A DNA stretch of 64,000 nucleotides from an uncultured Candidatus Methanogranum sp. (GCA_964620455.1 CAZUIU010000004.1:111562-175561); one strand, 5' to 3'. Counted from the first letter of the stretch, positions 25,850 through 35,497 are shown. The notes: generated from the letters alone by a model not told the origin. A program made the numbers and translations.

Positions 25850-26320
25850 TCAGTACTTGAAGGCCCTCACCGATCCGAAAAGCGCATCGATGACAGAACC
25901 CAGTGCCGTTGACAGATATATCAGGGTAAGGATTATGTACGCGACTATTCTGAAAACCCCTACGAATACCCCTGTGTTCCAGACATTGGTTATCAGCAAC
26001 ACCGACGGTATAAAGAATACCAGACCCACAAGCAGGAAGAAATATCCCTTCCCATCCTTGCAATCACGGTATATCTGAGCGAGACCCAACACACCGAAGA
26101 AAGCCGGAACTATTGCCAATATAAGCATTATTATACGATCGTTGCCGGCAAATTGACATTCGCTTCTTCCTTTGTTGCAAACCGTATCAGAACCCGTTCC
26201 ACAATTTTGACCATCTTCTCTGACACCGTCATCCTCACGTGGAAGGCTTTTGTAGCATTTAGGACAAGTTATACAGTTGCTGGGAACGGCTACCCCACAG
26301 TACGGACAGTATCTGGTCAT
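25850..26320 (-). CDS. zinc-ribbon membrane protein
   Basis: The N-terminal 'CPYCG...CITCPKC' forms a zinc ribbon. It is followed by 3-4 hydrophobic helices. It has an ATGA overlap with the upstream thioesterase gene. Confidence 0.5.
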   Translation of the reverse strand: MTRYCPYCGVAVPSNCITCPKCYKSLPREDDGVREDGQNCGTGSDTVCNKGRSECQFAGNDRIIMLILAIVPAFFGVLGLAQIYRDCKDGKGYFFLLVGLVFFIPSVLLITNVWNTGVFVGVFRIVAYIILTLIYLSTALGSVIDALFGSVRAFKY

Positions 26321-26754
26321 CTCTTCCTATCCTCCAGTTTGAAGCCTGTACAGGTAGCGGATACTCTGAGTTTACCGCCGCTGTACAATCTGACTTCGAA
26401 GATCAACAACGATTTGGATGCATTTATAAGTCTGGCTTCCGACGTAATCTCCGTATCCATACACGGCCTGTGATAAATTATATTGCAACACTGACCAGTG
26501 CAATCATCCGATACATTAGATGCAACAGCGAATGTATGATCCAGAAGACCGAACAAAACAGCACCGTGTACCCTGCCCATGCTGTTCATATCCTGCTGAC
26601 ACACAACCTTCTTCATACAAGTACAGTCCGCGGTCAGACTCACCAACTCTATGCCGTTGGCGACTGCAAAAGGCGCATCGCACATCTCCTTTATACGCGG
26701 AAGGTAGTTGTGGAGATCAGGACTCACAACCTCCCTCAATGCATCCATATCCAT
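26317..26754 (-). CDS. PaaI/hotdog-fold thioesterase family protein
   Basis: It is 145 aa. 'GRVHGAVLFGLLDHTFAVA' is the typical PaaI-type helix/active-site region. Confidence 0.55.
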   Translation of the reverse strand: MDMDALREVVSPDLHNYLPRIKEMCDAPFAVANGIELVSLTADCTCMKKVVCQQDMNSMGRVHGAVLFGLLDHTFAVASNVSDDCTGQCCNIIYHRPCMDTEITSEARLINASKSLLIFEVRLYSGGKLRVSATCTGFKLEDRKR

Positions 26755-26820
26755 GCCTAGGCCATGGATTATTTCCTATTTTAGCCAAACGCTATATCGT
26801 TGCGAACCGATACAGGGGCG

Positions 26821-28086
26821 ATGGATGAGACGATAACTGTCACACAATTGAACACCCGTGTGAAATCCCTGATGACCGATGCCCCGGGAATAACCAACGT
26901 CTGGGTAACTGGGGAGATCTCCAACTTCAAGGTTTATTCGTCCGGACATTGCTACTTCACACTCAAAGACAGAGGCAGTGAGATACGTTGCGTCATGTTC
27001 AGATCCGCCAAGGCCCGTATAGATTTCGAACCCAAGGACAGCATGGAGATCGCGATGTACGGAAATGTCGACCTTTACGTGGAGAGAGGCGCATACCAGT
27101 TCATAGTGCAAACCATGAGGCGCGGAGGCATGGGTAACCTTTACGCAGAATTCGAAAGACTTAAGAATAAACTCGCTGCAGAGGGACTTTTCGAACAGAG
27201 CAGGAAGAGAAGGATACCTGCTTATCCAAAGGTGGTCGGAGTGGTTACATCCTCGACAGGCGCTGTTATCCACGACATAGTGACGACCGCCAAGAGAAGA
27301 TTTCCGGCAGACATCCTTCTTGCACCAGCACAAGTACAAGGAGAAGGTGCATCCGCCTCCATATCCAATGGCATAGCCGTCCTGAACGATATGGGAGTAG
27401 ATGTCATAATCGTGGGCAGAGGTGGAGGGTCGATAGAGGACCTGTGGGCCTTCAACGAGGAGATCACAGTCAGGGCTATAGCCTCATCCAGGGTTCCTAT
27501 AATATCCGCTGTGGGACACGAATCAGACTTCACATTGGCCGATTTCACCGCCGACGCCCGTGCCGCGACACCGACCGCCGCCGCAGAGATGGCATTCGGG
27601 GACATGGGGGACATCATAAACCAACTGAACAACTATTCCATAAGATCCAACAGGGCATTGGGGTTCACGATAGAGAGAATGAGGAGCAGGTTCAACTCTG
27701 TTGATGCGAAACTTTCACCTGTCCGCGCAGAAGAAATGGTGGCAATGAGAGAGATGCGCTTGGATAACCTATCAACCAGATTGGTATCCGCTTTGAAGGG
27801 GACCATCGAGATCATGAGGAAAAGATACATTACTGCCGAGATGAAACTTGAAAGGGCCCCGGAAGGCATGTTATCCCCACTGAAAACCAAGATAGATGGA
27901 TTCTCAGGTCGGTTGGATGCGCTGAATCCGTACAGGGTCCTTGGAAGAGGATACAGCATGATTACCGATGGCAAAGGAAATACCATCATATCGACAAAGG
28001 AATTAAGAGAAGGTATGGATATCGCCATTCGTATGCGCGATGGTCGTGCAGATGCCAGAATAGAGAAGGTGGATATGGATGACTGA
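26821..28086 (+). CDS. xseA: exodeoxyribonuclease VII large subunit
   Basis: The N-terminal OB-fold region is 'TVTQLNTRVKSLM...VWVTGEISNFKVYSSGHCYFTLKD'. Further conserved blocks are 'VVGVVTSSTGAVIHDI' and 'GRGGGSIEDLWAFNEE', followed by a coiled-coil tail. The start is ATG 26821; the track ORF begins at 26800. Confidence 0.85.
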   Translation: MDETITVTQLNTRVKSLMTDAPGITNVWVTGEISNFKVYSSGHCYFTLKDRGSEIRCVMFRSAKARIDFEPKDSMEIAMYGNVDLYVERGAYQFIVQTMRRGGMGNLYAEFERLKNKLAAEGLFEQSRKRRIPAYPKVVGVVTSSTGAVIHDIVTTAKRRFPADILLAPAQVQGEGASASISNGIAVLNDMGVDVIIVGRGGGSIEDLWAFNEEITVRAIASSRVPIISAVGHESDFTLADFTADARAATPTAAAEMAFGDMGDIINQLNNYSIRSNRALGFTIERMRSRFNSVDAKLSPVRAEEMVAMREMRLDNLSTRLVSALKGTIEIMRKRYITAEMKLERAPEGMLSPLKTKIDGFSGRLDALNPYRVLGRGYSMITDGKGNTIISTKELREGMDIAIRMRDGRADARIEKVDMDD

Positions 28087-28312
28087 TGACAAGGAACCAG
28101 GCTTCGAAGAGAGCATGAAAGCCCTTGAGGAGATGGTCAAGAAACTCGAGAACGGCGGACTGGACCTCGACGAGAGTCTCAAGGTATACGAAGAGGCCAT
28201 CGTACTCAGGGATCGTTGCAAGAAGATACTCGAAGAGAGCGATCGCAAAGTACAGGTTATAATGAACAGTGCCAACGGAACTTCTGTCAAAAATCTGGAA
28301 CTGGATGACTGA
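28079..28312 (+). CDS. xseB: exodeoxyribonuclease VII small subunit
   Basis: It is 77 aa with 'FEESMKALEEMVKKLENGGLDLDESLKVYEEAIVLRDRCKKILEE'. It overlaps xseA by 8 nt. Confidence 0.8.
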   Translation: MTDDKEPGFEESMKALEEMVKKLENGGLDLDESLKVYEEAIVLRDRCKKILEESDRKVQVIMNSANGTSVKNLELDD

Positions 28313-29156
28313 CCCAGAGCGGATTGCCTGAGCTGGCACTCCATTCATATGTGCACGAATAGAGATTGGTCTCCGAGAAATAACCGAAGGAAAATGCCAA
28401 CCTTAGAGACCCACTAACCTGACCCTCCTTCAGACCGCGTCCGTTGTATGATCCGAATATCTCAGATATGCCCATCGTGAGAACCGCCACGGCATCGTGT
28501 CCCCTCACCACCAACCAAGGATCCTTAAGGGATTTCAACTCGGCCCCCAGTTTTTGAAGGGCGTCCTTCTTACCGATCATGGGTGCTCTCGATATCGAGA
28601 ATACATCCTCTATCATCCTTCTGGGATTCAGTTTCAGGGTCCTCCTATCGATGAACGATCTGTAATCCAGATTCTTGAATGAGAGCCCTAGGTCATCACG
28701 TTCCGATATGTACATCAACATACCGATGGGGGCCACAGCCTTAGCGATCACGTCCCTGACATTCCCATTAACCTCTTCGAAACTTTTCAAAGCATCCATG
28801 TCCGCATACTCATACAGCACATCCTCCAATGCATGGGAGCACATGACCATCGTTTCCTGGTCGCGCCTATCTGTATCGAATACCGGAAACCTGCATTCGC
28901 GTCTCCCTATGCGATCCAGATCGGGATCCACGATACCGATGACTTTGGTATCGTTCCTTCTCCCCCTGAGCTCGTTTACCGAACGCTTCACATTATCCTT
29001 AGAGAATGCGACCACGACTTTGGCATCATCTACTGTGAATTTACTGTAAAGTCTACTGTCGGTCACACCTTCAACAACGACGAAAGTACCCTTGAACGAG
29101 GACCTCATCATAGATATCTCGTTCGCGACGTCCGAAGCACTCAGGTTCTCGATCAT
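28287..29156 (-). CDS. DUF4435/OLD-type Toprim nuclease-like protein (AriB-like)
   Basis: The Toprim Glu lies in 'FVVVEGVTDSRLY' and the DxD lies in 'IGIVDPDLD'. The 289-aa size fits. It has an ATGA overlap with the upstream ATPase gene, and its 3' end overlaps convergent xseB by 26 nt. Confidence 0.55.
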   Translation of the reverse strand: MIENLSASDVANEISMMRSSFKGTFVVVEGVTDSRLYSKFTVDDAKVVVAFSKDNVKRSVNELRGRRNDTKVIGIVDPDLDRIGRRECRFPVFDTDRRDQETMVMCSHALEDVLYEYADMDALKSFEEVNGNVRDVIAKAVAPIGMLMYISERDDLGLSFKNLDYRSFIDRRTLKLNPRRMIEDVFSISRAPMIGKKDALQKLGAELKSLKDPWLVVRGHDAVAVLTMGISEIFGSYNGRGLKEGQVSGSLRLAFSFGYFSETNLYSCTYEWSASSGNPLWVSHPVPDF

Positions 29157-30190
29157 CTCTCAACTTTCAACTCCACTGCAAGATCCCAGTCATCGTGTAT
29201 GATCTGTGGCGAATGCGTTGCCACTATCAGATGAAGCTTCCTCAACCTGGCCACATCAGCGAAGAACCTCCCCATCTGCTGCTGCCAGGTTATATGAAGA
29301 GACATCTCTGGCTCGTCGATTATAACCAACGAACCTATATCTGTCTGGAACAGGAGACGATAGAATATGACCAGAATGTGCTTTTCACCTGATGACAGCT
29401 TATCTATGGATAGCGATGACCCGTTATCCAGCTTCACTATCATGGTTCCGCTCTCGTTTATGAAAACAGTCTTGTTTATGAACACATTATTCACAACATC
29501 CATGAACACTATTATGGATTCCGCCAAACAATAATGCCTCTTGACATAATCGTCCACCTCGTATGCCAGATCCTTGTATTCTTGACGATACTCCATTATC
29601 TCGAACCTAGACGGAGGGAACCTATATCCTGAAGGCATATCAGGCTCAAACCCGGCCTGCTTTATGAATTCCAACTTGGCCTTGATGTCCTTGCACCAGA
29701 ACTCCAATTCATCATCGGTATAATCTGTCATAATTTCCTTGGGCTGCTCACAGAGCGTGCAATCCGATTTGGCGTTCTTTATACTCTGAGTAAGCTCTTC
29801 AACATATTCTTTCAAAGCCGGAACCATACAATCGTCCTTCATGACCACCATCCTCTCCGGCGGTATGTAGGTCACTTTCAAGATGCTCTTCAGATCGTCT
29901 ACAGACAGCTCCTCTTCAACCTGGTTCCTCTGTATCTGCACCAGCAGATCGCCTCCCCTGTTCTCAACGAATAGGAACGTCTCCCCATCGAAACCAAGAT
30001 CCAACCTTTCAAAAGGAGTGACGGCCACATCTTCCAAATTACCCGTCAGGACGTTGAATACCAGTTTCATGAGCGTCGATTTGCCGAAACCGTTCTGAGA
30101 ATGTATGAACGTCATACCTTTGTCACTCAGTTCGACATCATAGTCGTATTCGTGGAACAATCCGTAAACCTTTATCGACTTCAGCATCAT
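29153..30190 (-). CDS. ABC/SMC-type (AAA_21-like) ATPase (AriA-like)
   Basis: Walker A is 'QNGFGKST'. A helical insertion of about 200 aa follows. The signature is 'LSSGEKHIL', Walker B is 'LVIIDEPEMSLH' and the H-loop is 'VATHSP'. I placed the start at ATG 30190/30187 ('MMLKSIKVYGLF'); the track start 30235 is a TTG. Confidence 0.6.
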   Translation of the reverse strand: MMLKSIKVYGLFHEYDYDVELSDKGMTFIHSQNGFGKSTLMKLVFNVLTGNLEDVAVTPFERLDLGFDGETFLFVENRGGDLLVQIQRNQVEEELSVDDLKSILKVTYIPPERMVVMKDDCMVPALKEYVEELTQSIKNAKSDCTLCEQPKEIMTDYTDDELEFWCKDIKAKLEFIKQAGFEPDMPSGYRFPPSRFEIMEYRQEYKDLAYEVDDYVKRHYCLAESIIVFMDVVNNVFINKTVFINESGTMIVKLDNGSSLSIDKLSSGEKHILVIFYRLLFQTDIGSLVIIDEPEMSLHITWQQQMGRFFADVARLRKLHLIVATHSPQIIHDDWDLAVELKVER

Positions 30191-30272
30191 GGGCGATCTA
30201 TTCGTAATCAACCTGAAGATATACATATCTTTCAACTCAAGATTTATCTCAATAGACAGTATCGCACCTCAC

Positions 30273-31112
30273 ATGGATGTGAACCAAGCCCTGAGGGAGG
30301 TTCAGACGAACATAGGCTCCGGAAACAGAGAAGCCGCATGCACACAGATAGTTCAGATAGTATTGGACAATTCGGAAGACCCAGTCATCCTCCTCACATG
30401 CACCTCACTGTTGAAGACGATCGGTGAACGTGAAAAAACGGACTGGACCGTAGATGTTCTGATGAAGTGCCTGTCTACAGATCAAACTTCCAGATTGGAG
30501 ATCGCCAAGGGATTGAACGGATTGGGACGGTTTGCAGATGCAAAAAAGATACTATCAGAACTGGATGGTAATGATAATGTATATCGGGAAATCATGCGCA
30601 CTTCCTACGGCCTAGGGGATTATTCAGAGGCCGCAACTGCATACAAAAGGATGAACACCCCGAATACAGATGACAGGACGATGATGGTGGATACACTTTG
30701 CTCACTGAGGGACTTCAAGGCAGCAGATGATAAGAGTTCCGAAATGCTCTTGAGGACACCGGATGATTACAGCATCCAGAGATGCCGTTGCTCCATGCTG
30801 CTTAGAGCCGGCCGCAACAAGGAAGCGGAAGGTTTTGTCAGAGAAATATTGAAAAAGGACAAGAAATCCGCTGATGCAAATGCATTGGCTGCTTATTTCA
30901 TGTGGATGAACGGAAAGATATCCGCGGCAGGCGGTTATGCAACCAAAGCCGTGAAAACCGATCCTAAACACATAGGCGCTATGGAGACCCTTGCCCTATG
31001 TCTAATCGAAAAAGGGAAAATGAACGAGGCAAGGATAGTGGCCGGGGCCATCAACGAGCAATCACCCGGACATCAGTCGGTGACACGCATACTCGAAATG
31101 TGCTCACAGTGA
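30273..31112 (+). CDS. TPR-repeat protein
   Basis: It has repeated helical hairpins of about 34 aa with A/Y/L spacing, e.g. 'YGLGDYSEAATAYKRM' and 'KISAAGGYATKAVKTDPKH'. The start is ATG 30273; the track ORF begins at 30189 inside the divergent spacer. Confidence 0.55.
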   Translation: MDVNQALREVQTNIGSGNREAACTQIVQIVLDNSEDPVILLTCTSLLKTIGEREKTDWTVDVLMKCLSTDQTSRLEIAKGLNGLGRFADAKKILSELDGNDNVYREIMRTSYGLGDYSEAATAYKRMNTPNTDDRTMMVDTLCSLRDFKAADDKSSEMLLRTPDDYSIQRCRCSMLLRAGRNKEAEGFVREILKKDKKSADANALAAYFMWMNGKISAAGGYATKAVKTDPKHIGAMETLALCLIEKGKMNEARIVAGAINEQSPGHQSVTRILEMCSQ

Positions 31113-31113
31113 A

Positions 31114-32685
31114 TCATCTCTTCCTGGAGTACAAGGTATCCTTCATCCTCTTGTTCCTGTTATGTTTGGAAACGTAATTCGTGTTCAGTATAACGTCCTC
31201 CCAGAACGTCCTTGTGAACAATATGAGGACCATGAACACCTCCAAACGTCCTATCCACATAAGCGCACACAGTATCATTTTAGAGAAAACCGAGAGGTCG
31301 TTTATCGATCCATTCGGTCCGAAATCTCCTAACCCTGCACCTATGTTACTCATGCATGAGACACAAAGCCCCATACTATCCAGAAGGTCTATATCAGGTT
31401 CGACAGCGAGCAACAGCACGATACCTACCACTGCCATAACCAGGAACGATATTGCTATGACCAGGGCCGACATGAGCGCATCGCTGTTCACTATACGGCC
31501 GTCGAACTTGACCTCCTTTATGGCATTGGGATGCAGCATCTTGTAGAATCCGTTTGAGACATAGGATCTTATTATCAGCATCCTATAGATCTTGATACCG
31601 CCTGCGGTCGAACCGGACATAGCACCGAACAACCCCAGGAAAAGGAAAATGAACGATGCGGCAACCGGCCATATAGAATAATCGTAAATTGTAAAACCTG
31701 TGGCCGTACCTATGGAGACGACCGTGAATATGGAATCCCAAAGCGTACTGAGAGCGCCCGCCGATTCGTCCACTCCCGCCACCAAAACAAGCCCGGCGAT
31801 CACCAATGATGCTATGAGGAACCACATGAAGGTCCAAACAAATTCCTGACTCCTTATGTAAGCCTTGTACTCATGTTTGTAGAGAGTACGGTAATGCAGG
31901 TAGAAATTCGTACCTCCAAGAAACATGAACACCACCACTATGAACTGCACAAGGACGGAATAAGAAGCCATACTGTCATTCCTGACAGACATTCCACCCG
32001 TCGATAGACAGGACATGGTTATACATGATGAATCCAAAAGACCTACACCGGACAGTACCAGGAGCACAGTCTCCAATATGGTGAAAAGCAGGTAGATGTA
32101 GATGAAGCTCATAGCCACACCCTTCATCTTGACAGAGTAGTTCTGCACTTCTGTACCCGACAGTTCGTTGTTCAGGAACGCCCTGCCTCCGATACCCATC
32201 ATCGGAAGGAGGAACATGAACACCAAAACCACCGCTATACCTCCGCACCACTGGGAGAAAGACCTCCAGAAAAGCATGCTCTTCGGTAAGGACTCAACAT
32301 CCGTTATTGTCGTGAATCCGGTAGTCGTGAATCCGCTCACAGACTCGAATATCGAATTATACCACTCAAGACCATAAAGATAGTATGGTATAGCTATCAC
32401 GAAGAATGTTATGAACCAAGCCAATGCCATCACAAGGATTCCTATGGAGGGAGACATCCTCTCACCCATGGAGAACAGAAGATATTGCACAAGACCCATC
32501 ACAGCCAATATCGGGACCGGTGCCAGGAAATACCATGTAGTCTCCCCATATATCAATGCTATAATAGTAGGCGCCAGTAGTATGAGAGCAAGGACCATCT
32601 CCACTGCCCCCATTATCCTGATGGTACTGTTGTTCCACCTCGCCATATGGCGTACGCCCAGCCTTATAGAATCGAACATCCTCAC
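31114..32685 (-). CDS. trkH: Trk-type K+ uptake membrane subunit
   Basis: It is a polytopic membrane protein with the repeated pore-loop 'TTGF'/'TGG'/'GTATGF' pattern typical of TrkH/KtrB. A GTG start overlaps the trkA stop (alternative ATG at 32679). Confidence 0.85.
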   Translation of the reverse strand: MRMFDSIRLGVRHMARWNNSTIRIMGAVEMVLALILLAPTIIALIYGETTWYFLAPVPILAVMGLVQYLLFSMGERMSPSIGILVMALAWFITFFVIAIPYYLYGLEWYNSIFESVSGFTTTGFTTITDVESLPKSMLFWRSFSQWCGGIAVVLVFMFLLPMMGIGGRAFLNNELSGTEVQNYSVKMKGVAMSFIYIYLLFTILETVLLVLSGVGLLDSSCITMSCLSTGGMSVRNDSMASYSVLVQFIVVVFMFLGGTNFYLHYRTLYKHEYKAYIRSQEFVWTFMWFLIASLVIAGLVLVAGVDESAGALSTLWDSIFTVVSIGTATGFTIYDYSIWPVAASFIFLFLGLFGAMSGSTAGGIKIYRMLIIRSYVSNGFYKMLHPNAIKEVKFDGRIVNSDALMSALVIAISFLVMAVVGIVLLLAVEPDIDLLDSMGLCVSCMSNIGAGLGDFGPNGSINDLSVFSKMILCALMWIGRLEVFMVLILFTRTFWEDVILNTNYVSKHNRNKRMKDTLYSRKR

Positions 32686-34034
32686 AACTCCACTGGCGTG
32701 TCATGCCCTATGAACTTGGCCAGTTTCACAGGGTTAGCATTATGCGAGAAAACCATCACCCTGTCATCCTTGCGGAACACTGTATTAAACCTAGGATAGA
32801 TTATGTCGTCCCCGCGCATTATGGCCACCAGACGTATACCATTAGGTACCCTTACATCACCATAGCATTGATCGACTATGACAGAATTCTCTCCTATGGT
32901 CATATCGAAGAGGTACTCATCTTCATGGTCGAGTACCAAGATCGCCTCCTCATCATACACGAGATTCTTCGTGACTTCGTTCGATATGACCCGATGATAT
33001 CCGATTATGGACTCTATACCAGTGTACTTGAATATCTCCTCATACTCCTCCGTGGAATACTTGGTTATAATCTTCTTGATTCCGAACCTCAGCGCAGCCA
33101 TACATGTCAACAGATTGCGCTCATCGCTTGGAGAAACACTTACAATCACATCCGCCCTATCGATGTTCTCAGCCTTCATTATGACCGGATCCGCGATGTC
33201 CGCATTTACCACGATGACCTCGCTCAACGCCCTTGCAGCATTCCTGCAGTTGAACTCGTCACGATCAATTATCTTTATGAATCTCCTCTTACCGGATTGG
33301 GATAGGGCCCGGGCTATCGATATACCCGAGGTGGTAGCACCGATTATGACGTACTCCTTTGCCTCCTTACGTATGCCCATAAGCTTGTTGAATGACTCAG
33401 CTGCCTCAGCGGTACCCAGTACACATATCCTATCGTCCACGTGAATCTGGGCACTTTCTGTATCCACAATTATGTTGTCACCACGATATATGGATACGAC
33501 AGAACAGTTGTCTGGCATGTCTATATCCATGACGACCTCGCCCACCAGATCGCTTTCGTTGGTGACTCTGAAGGTCACCAATGCGACCCCCCTGCGGTCG
33601 ATGTAATCGTACTGGACCACATTCTCCAGAGATGCGATCTTGCTTATCTTATCAGCCATGATCTGTTCAGGGGAGATGAACATGTCTATACCTTCAACTC
33701 CCTCAGAAGCAGTCTTTATCTCGTAATCGGGATCCCTGAGACAAGCTACCGTCTTGATGCTCGGTTTATAACGCTTGACTATCATCCCGATGAACAGGTT
33801 GAGTCCATCATCCGGAAGTGCAGAGAACACAATATCCGCATCCATCCGCTCTATCGCGGACTTCAGCACCTTGGGATTGCTCCCATCCTCATGAAGCACC
33901 GATACATTGAGCAGACTCTTGATGTTATCGGCTTTGACGGAATCTTTCTCCACAACCAGAACATCATGAACCTTGCAGAGGGCCTCAGCGGAAGTGTAAC
34001 CTACATTTCCGCCTCCTATGATGATCACCTTCAT
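32682..34034 (-). CDS. trkA: Trk system NAD-binding subunit (two RCK/KTN domains)
   Basis: The Rossmann motif 'MKVIIIGGGNVGYTSA' is followed by a second one, 'YVIIGATTSGISIARAL'. Confidence 0.85.
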   Translation of the reverse strand: MKVIIIGGGNVGYTSAEALCKVHDVLVVEKDSVKADNIKSLLNVSVLHEDGSNPKVLKSAIERMDADIVFSALPDDGLNLFIGMIVKRYKPSIKTVACLRDPDYEIKTASEGVEGIDMFISPEQIMADKISKIASLENVVQYDYIDRRGVALVTFRVTNESDLVGEVVMDIDMPDNCSVVSIYRGDNIIVDTESAQIHVDDRICVLGTAEAAESFNKLMGIRKEAKEYVIIGATTSGISIARALSQSGKRRFIKIIDRDEFNCRNAARALSEVIVVNADIADPVIMKAENIDRADVIVSVSPSDERNLLTCMAALRFGIKKIITKYSTEEYEEIFKYTGIESIIGYHRVISNEVTKNLVYDEEAILVLDHEDEYLFDMTIGENSVIVDQCYGDVRVPNGIRLVAIMRGDDIIYPRFNTVFRKDDRVMVFSHNANPVKLAKFIGHDTPVEL

Positions 34035-34111
34035 TGTCCCTGCCTTCGGTTCATAAGAGCCTATAGACGTTATAAGGTTTTACACTGGTAACGCCTACGG
34101 GACATGCAATA

Positions 34112-35014
34112 TCATCCCGATATGTCGGTCATCCTCTTGACAGGTGAGTAGGCTTTGTCGATGACCTCCTCGGGAAGGATAACCTCGTTGCATTCTTCCT
34201 CCAAAACATGGAGAATTGACTCAGGTTCGATCATCTTCATGGTCATGCACACGGCCTGAGGAGGGAAATAGAAATGCTTATCCGGGCAGGCCTTCTCCAA
34301 CCTGTGCTTCATACCGACCTCGGTCAACACGATGAAATCATCAGCATCGCTGCCTTCCGCCTCGCTTAATATCTTCTCTGTAGAACCTATGAAATCCGCC
34401 AGAGATAGGACCTCCATCCTGCATTCGGGATGTGCAAGAACTTTGGCCTTGGGATACTTGGCCTTGAGATCCGTAACCTGCTTCACGGTTATACACTGAT
34501 GAACCGGGCAGAAACCATCCCATAGTAAAATATCCTTATCAACTAAGGATGCGACATAACTGCCGAGATTTACATCTGGCACGAACACGATTTTGTCATT
34601 GTCAAGTGTCCTAACAACATTCAGGGCGTTAGAAGATGTACAGCATACATCCATCTCCGTCTTGGCCTCCGCCGTGGTGTTCACATAACCAACAACTGAA
34701 TAACCCGGATAATCTTTCTTAACCTGCCTTATCTGGGCCGCTGTGCACATCGATGCCATCGCACATAGAGCGGATGGTTCCGGCAGTAGGACCTTTTTCC
34801 CCGGACTCAGTATTTTAGCGGTCTCACCCATGAATGACACACCACAAAATACTATTATATCTGCATCCGTCTGCGAAGCTCTTATTGAAAGACCCAAAGA
34901 ATCTCCTACGTAATCTGCCAGATCCTGTACTTCGGAGGAGGTGTAGTTGTGTGCCAATATTACTGCCCTCTTCTCACGTTTGAGCTGCTGTATGCGCTCT
35001 TTTACGGATGCCAT
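34112..35014 (-). CDS. nadA: quinolinate synthase
   Basis: Conserved regions are 'AVILAHNYTSSEVQDLADYVGDSLGLS' and 'FCGVSFMGETAKIL'. The first ATG is 35014; the track start 35032 is a GTG. Confidence 0.85.
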   Translation of the reverse strand: MASVKERIQQLKREKRAVILAHNYTSSEVQDLADYVGDSLGLSIRASQTDADIIVFCGVSFMGETAKILSPGKKVLLPEPSALCAMASMCTAAQIRQVKKDYPGYSVVGYVNTTAEAKTEMDVCCTSSNALNVVRTLDNDKIVFVPDVNLGSYVASLVDKDILLWDGFCPVHQCITVKQVTDLKAKYPKAKVLAHPECRMEVLSLADFIGSTEKILSEAEGSDADDFIVLTEVGMKHRLEKACPDKHFYFPPQAVCMTMKMIEPESILHVLEEECNEVILPEEVIDKAYSPVKRMTDISG

Positions 35015-35066
35015 AACTTCGGTATAGCACACATTCTTTAAATCTTACGCCCGTCTACCCGCATAC

Positions 35067-35447
35067 ATGGACAGAGAAATCCTTGCAGCAGAGAGGTTCA
35101 ACTGCACCATACGGGAACGCGCCTTGTTCGAATCGGGCATAAAGATGGGGACAATATACCACCAGTTCGTGGGAGTTCCAGTTAGCATCGACAACGTGGA
35201 TGTGCTGGAAAGATCCATCGAAGGCGGCGTTAAGATACAACCGTACGTAGAGGACGTGAAAGTGAAGATATGCAGGGACATGCTCACACTGAAAAAGGAT
35301 AGATACTCCTACTGTTCCCTAACCGGCGACATGTTAGATGTGGTCCTAAAAATAAAGATAGAGGATGTAGTCGTAACATCGAAAATGCATTTTGACGAGG
35401 AATTGAAATACCCTCTGATGTACATCTCAGACATCCAGACAAATTGA
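35067..35447 (+). CDS. archaeal dihydroneopterin aldolase (MptD-like)
   Basis: It is 126 aa. 'ERALFESGIKMGTIYHQFVGVPVS' resembles the conserved MptD/MJ0408 block. This was recognised from memory only. Confidence 0.5.
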   Translation: MDREILAAERFNCTIRERALFESGIKMGTIYHQFVGVPVSIDNVDVLERSIEGGVKIQPYVEDVKVKICRDMLTLKKDRYSYCSLTGDMLDVVLKIKIEDVVVTSKMHFDEELKYPLMYISDIQTN

Positions 35448-35497
35448 TTTATAGTCATAACGACATGCTGGAACGCGAATTGCGTTCAAGAGATACC

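Noticed and set aside
32703-34091. Two plus-strand ORFs (200 and 216 aa) opposite trkA
   Set aside because: They are shadow ORFs. trkA has two clear Rossmann GxGxxG motifs on the minus strand.
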